Positions 44,651 to 47,411 of a DNA stretch of 47,411 bases are shown here, piece by piece (within the stretch, counting starts at the first letter, position 1; each line of letters begins with the position of its first letter). Origin of the DNA: Elusimicrobiota bacterium (GTDB lineage: Bacteria > Elusimicrobiota > Elusimicrobia > UBA1565); assembly GCA_043819795.1 (NCBI GenBank), contig JBDREN010000131.1, positions 1 to 47,411 of the forward strand, given 5' to 3'. The notes below the pieces were generated by a model, which was not told where the DNA came from, made no database searches, and saw only the letters and a program-made list of their open reading frames with translations. The position numbers and the translations under genes were made by a program.

Positions 44651-46834
44651 ATGGCGAAGCCCGCCGGAGAAGCCGACCTCCGCATTCCAGCGCCTTTCGT
44701 TCTGGCGCTCACCGTCGTCGCTCTCGTGCTGACGGCGCGTCACGGCGCGGTGGACCAGTACGTGAAGGCGTTGTTCGAACGGGGTCTGCTGACGGCCGTC
44801 GTTCCCTATTGGGAGATGTCCGTCGGGGCGTTGGCCGGGCACCTGCTGTACCTGGCCGGACTGGCCTGGCTGACGGTGGTGTTCGCGGGATGCGGGCTGG
44901 TCCTGTGCCGGGCCGCCGGCCTGCGCTTCTCGAATCCTTGGGAGGGCTTGGCCTTCAGTTTCGCCCTCGGCTCCGGGGCCTGGGCGTATCTCTTCCTGTT
45001 CCTGGGATTAGCCGGGCTCCTCTACCGGCCCCTCCTGCTGGCCTTGCTGATCGCCGGCGGGCTTTACGCTCTCTGGGAATTCCGGAAAGGGATCCCCGCG
45101 AAAGACGGATCCTTCCTCGCCCCGTTCCGGGGAGACTGGCGCGTATGGGCCTTCGCCCTGCTCCTCCTCGTTCACCTGGTCTTACTGCTGCCGTATGCGC
45201 TCGTGCCGGAGACTTTTTACGACTCTCTCGAATACCATTTCGGCCTGCCGAATCTCTACCTTCTCCGGCATCGGATAGGCCCGACGCCGGACAACTCCTT
45301 TTCGGGCGTTCCGTCGATCCCGGGGATGCTCTACGGCTGGGGCTTGGTCCTCGACCGCTGGGGGATCGTGGCGCACCTGCTGAACTTCAGCTTCCTGGCT
45401 TGGATCGTCGTGGCCCTGGTGGGGCTGGGGACGCGGCTCGGCTCTCCGGTGGCGGGACTGGCCGGCGGCGCGATCTTCAGCTTGATTCCGGCCGCGGCTT
45501 CGGTCTCCTACATGAGCACCATCGAGCTCGGCTGGGGCTTCTATCAGCTCTTGTGCTTCCCGGCCTTCCTCTCGGCCCTCGAGAGTCCCGAGCGAGCTCG
45601 AGAGCGCAAGGCCTGGCTTGTCGTCTGCGGGCTGTGTCTCGGGCTCGCCATGGCGACCAAGTACCTGGCTTGGGCCCTGCCCTTCGCCTTGCTGACGCTT
45701 CTGTTCGGTCTCCGGCGCTCCGACGCGGGCCTGCGGTGCGGCCTGCGCGAACTCGGCCTGGTGTTCGGCACGGGCGCGCTGACGCTGCTGCCCTGGGTGA
45801 TCAAGAACATCGTCTTCTATCGCAACCCCATCTTCCCGTTTCTGCACGAGTTCTGGGCTTCCGCCTCGGAGGTCATGCCGGGCTGGCGATACCTCGGGTC
45901 CGGGGCGACGTTCCAGTGGGATAAGCTCGGTTTGTGGGGATACGCGAGAGAGTATCTGCTCGCTCCCTGGCGCATGGTGCTGTATCAAGGCAAGCCGGCC
46001 GACTCCTTGGGGGCGGTGGTGCTGGCGCTGGCGCCGCTTCTGGCCCTCGTGCGCCTGCCGGATCGGGCGCGACTTCTCGGCTGGTTCGCGCTGGGATGCT
46101 GGCTGCCTTTCAGCTTCATCGTGCATCTCCCGAGGTACTTCGTCCCCTTCTTGCCCCTTCTGAGCCTCCTGGTCGGGCTGGCCGTATGCCGGCCCGGCGT
46201 CCGGTGGCTCAGGAACGCGCTGGCGGCCTGCGTCTGCGTCGCCCTTCTGGCCGGGGGCCTCGCGTTGTGGCGGTGGACCGTCCCGAGGACGCGGTGGCCC
46301 GTGTTCACTGGACGCAAGAGCTTCGCGGAGTTCCTCAGCCACGCGGACGAATACTATTACCCGGCGCCTCTCTATCCGGCCGCGGAATACCTGGACAAGC
46401 ACGCCGCCGCGGACGCGAGGGTGCTCGTTTTCGGAGAGTCCCGGGGCTTCTATCTCCGGCGGGACCACATCGCCTCGACGCCCATGCAGGTCACGGTGCT
46501 CGAGCGGTGGGCCAACGCCTCCGCGTCGGGCCGGGAGCTCAAACGGCGGATGGAGGCCCGCGGCATCACACACATCATCGTGAACCATGCCGACATCGTG
46601 CGCCAGTGGAGCGCGTTCCGCTTCTCGCGGAAGGGTAAGAGGAGCCTCGACGAGTTCTGGAGGCGCTATACCCTCAAGGTCTTCCAGGCCGGTCCGGAGA
46701 GGTTCCGTCCGGAGACCGGGCGCGATAGGCTCGACCGGTGGATCGTCGTCTACAGGGTCCTGTCAGAGGATGAGGCCGAGCGGGACCATCCCACCGACGA
46801 CCTCTTCGAGCACTACAAGGCCCAGGAAGGCTGA
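44651..46834 (+). CDS. Polytopic GT-C-fold (ArnT/PMT-like) glycosyltransferase-like membrane protein
   Basis: More than 12 TM segments; YDSLEYH, GLAMATKY and PWVIKNIVFYRNPIFPF; soluble C-terminal domain. Extended -10 TGtTAGAAT at 44629-44637 argues for a start at 44648 or 44651. Confidence 0.7.
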   Translation: MAKPAGEADLRIPAPFVLALTVVALVLTARHGAVDQYVKALFERGLLTAVVPYWEMSVGALAGHLLYLAGLAWLTVVFAGCGLVLCRAAGLRFSNPWEGLAFSFALGSGAWAYLFLFLGLAGLLYRPLLLALLIAGGLYALWEFRKGIPAKDGSFLAPFRGDWRVWAFALLLLVHLVLLLPYALVPETFYDSLEYHFGLPNLYLLRHRIGPTPDNSFSGVPSIPGMLYGWGLVLDRWGIVAHLLNFSFLAWIVVALVGLGTRLGSPVAGLAGGAIFSLIPAAASVSYMSTIELGWGFYQLLCFPAFLSALESPERARERKAWLVVCGLCLGLAMATKYLAWALPFALLTLLFGLRRSDAGLRCGLRELGLVFGTGALTLLPWVIKNIVFYRNPIFPFLHEFWASASEVMPGWRYLGSGATFQWDKLGLWGYAREYLLAPWRMVLYQGKPADSLGAVVLALAPLLALVRLPDRARLLGWFALGCWLPFSFIVHLPRYFVPFLPLLSLLVGLAVCRPGVRWLRNALAACVCVALLAGGLALWRWTVPRTRWPVFTGRKSFAEFLSHADEYYYPAPLYPAAEYLDKHAAADARVLVFGESRGFYLRRDHIASTPMQVTVLERWANASASGRELKRRMEARGITHIIVNHADIVRQWSAFRFSRKGKRSLDEFWRRYTLKVFQAGPERFRPETGRDRLDRWIVVYRVLSEDEAERDHPTDDLFEHYKAQEG

Positions 46835-46864
46835 TGCCCGGCCCCCGCGGCTGGCGGAGGGTTC

Positions 46865-47140
46865 TCAGCCGGCGTGCTTGGGCAGGAAGGAGGTGTCCAT
46901 CACGTGCCGCTTGGGATCGTCGCGGTCGATGAGGACCTGTACGGTCTCCCCCTGGGTATGAGGTCCCGGATCGAACCAGATGTTCTCGCTTTCGAACGTA
47001 TGCACGGTGTTCGTCGCGGGATCGAGCCACTGCGCCCGGATGACCCAGGGGCTGCGGCCGTTGACCCTGACGCGCGTGTTGCGGTCGACGGCCGTGACCT
47101 TGGCCGTGACGGCCTGCCCGTGCCGCTGCAGCCGGAGATT
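46865..47140 (-). pseudogene. 5'-truncated fragment resembling the C-terminal half of DUF3592-type membrane proteins
   Basis: RLQRHGQAVTAKVTAVDRNTRVRVNGRSPWVIRAQWLDP...FESENIWFDP...VMDTSFLPK. The upstream sequence is repeat DNA with no TM-coding N-terminus. Confidence 0.6.
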
Positions 47141-47192
47141 GGGTGTCCCATCAACAACCGTTCTGTCCCCTCTGTCCCGCTTCATGGGGAAG

Positions 47193-47274
47193 GAGGGGGG
47201 GATTACCTCTCCCGCTCGCGGGAGAGGTCGCGCTGAGCGCAGCGAAGAGGGGGGGATTACCTCTCCCGCTTGCG
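47193..47274. repeat. Tandem REP-like hairpin repeat (54-bp period)
   Basis: GAGGGGGGGATTACCTCTCCCGCTYGCG at 47193-47220 and 47247-47274. The first copy completes the hairpin ACCTCTCCCGC-TC-GCGGGAGAGGT; the second is cut off. Confidence 0.8.
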
Positions 47275-47411
47275 CTGAGGATGTCCCATAGATTTCACTG
47301 GACACAAGCGCTTCATTTTCTTAAACTGCCCGCATGTTCACGATTGGCGGCCGGACATTTTCGGACGAGATTCTCGCTCGGATTGAGCAGACAGTCGAGG
47401 TGGAGCCGCAG
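47275..47411 (+). mobile_element. Probable left end of an IS4-family element with a transposase start at 47334 (runs off the window)
   Basis: Begins CTGAGGATGTCCCATAGA, resembling IS50-subgroup ends, exactly where the hairpin repeat is interrupted. ORF MFTIGGRTFSDEILARIEQTVEVEP resembles the N-termini of DUF4338-containing IS4 transposases (from memory, unverified). Confidence 0.5.

Noticed and set aside
45602..45615. GAGCGCAAGGCCTG, a partial third match to the 27-bp direct repeat
   Set aside because: Only 14 bp, inside a CDS encoding ERKA with preferred codons; explainable by chance.
46865..47305. 146-aa ORF as an intact gene
   Set aside because: Its first ~50 codons are translated repeat DNA (AGEVIPPS twice); only the 3' part looks like real protein.

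Overview
High-GC bacterial chromosome segment; gene content and the abundance of coiled-coil, PorV-like and GYF-like hypothetical proteins suggest Elusimicrobiota, but this is inference. Housekeeping genes include ferredoxin, gcvT (one-base frameshift), gcvH, a lipoate ligase, two response regulators, AsmA, pyrE, purB, a SAM hydrolase, an RlmI-type methyltransferase, an SF1B helicase, a NYN nuclease and a Zn alcohol dehydrogenase. They are interspersed with many secreted or envelope proteins. The strongest unexplained signal is a ~69-bp palindromic repeat with no stop codon in any frame. It occurs six times, always on the + strand; five copies lie in-frame inside four unrelated protein-coding genes, recalling Rickettsia palindromic elements. 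There are also two insertions bounded by 27-bp direct repeats with no recombinase (one a complete 2.4-kb surface-protein gene, one a 230-bp structured segment), a second 40-bp repeat family, a MITE-like element at the left edge, a perfect 25-bp-arm palindrome, and a probable IS4-family element inserted in a hairpin repeat at the right edge. No tRNA, rRNA or CRISPR array was seen.
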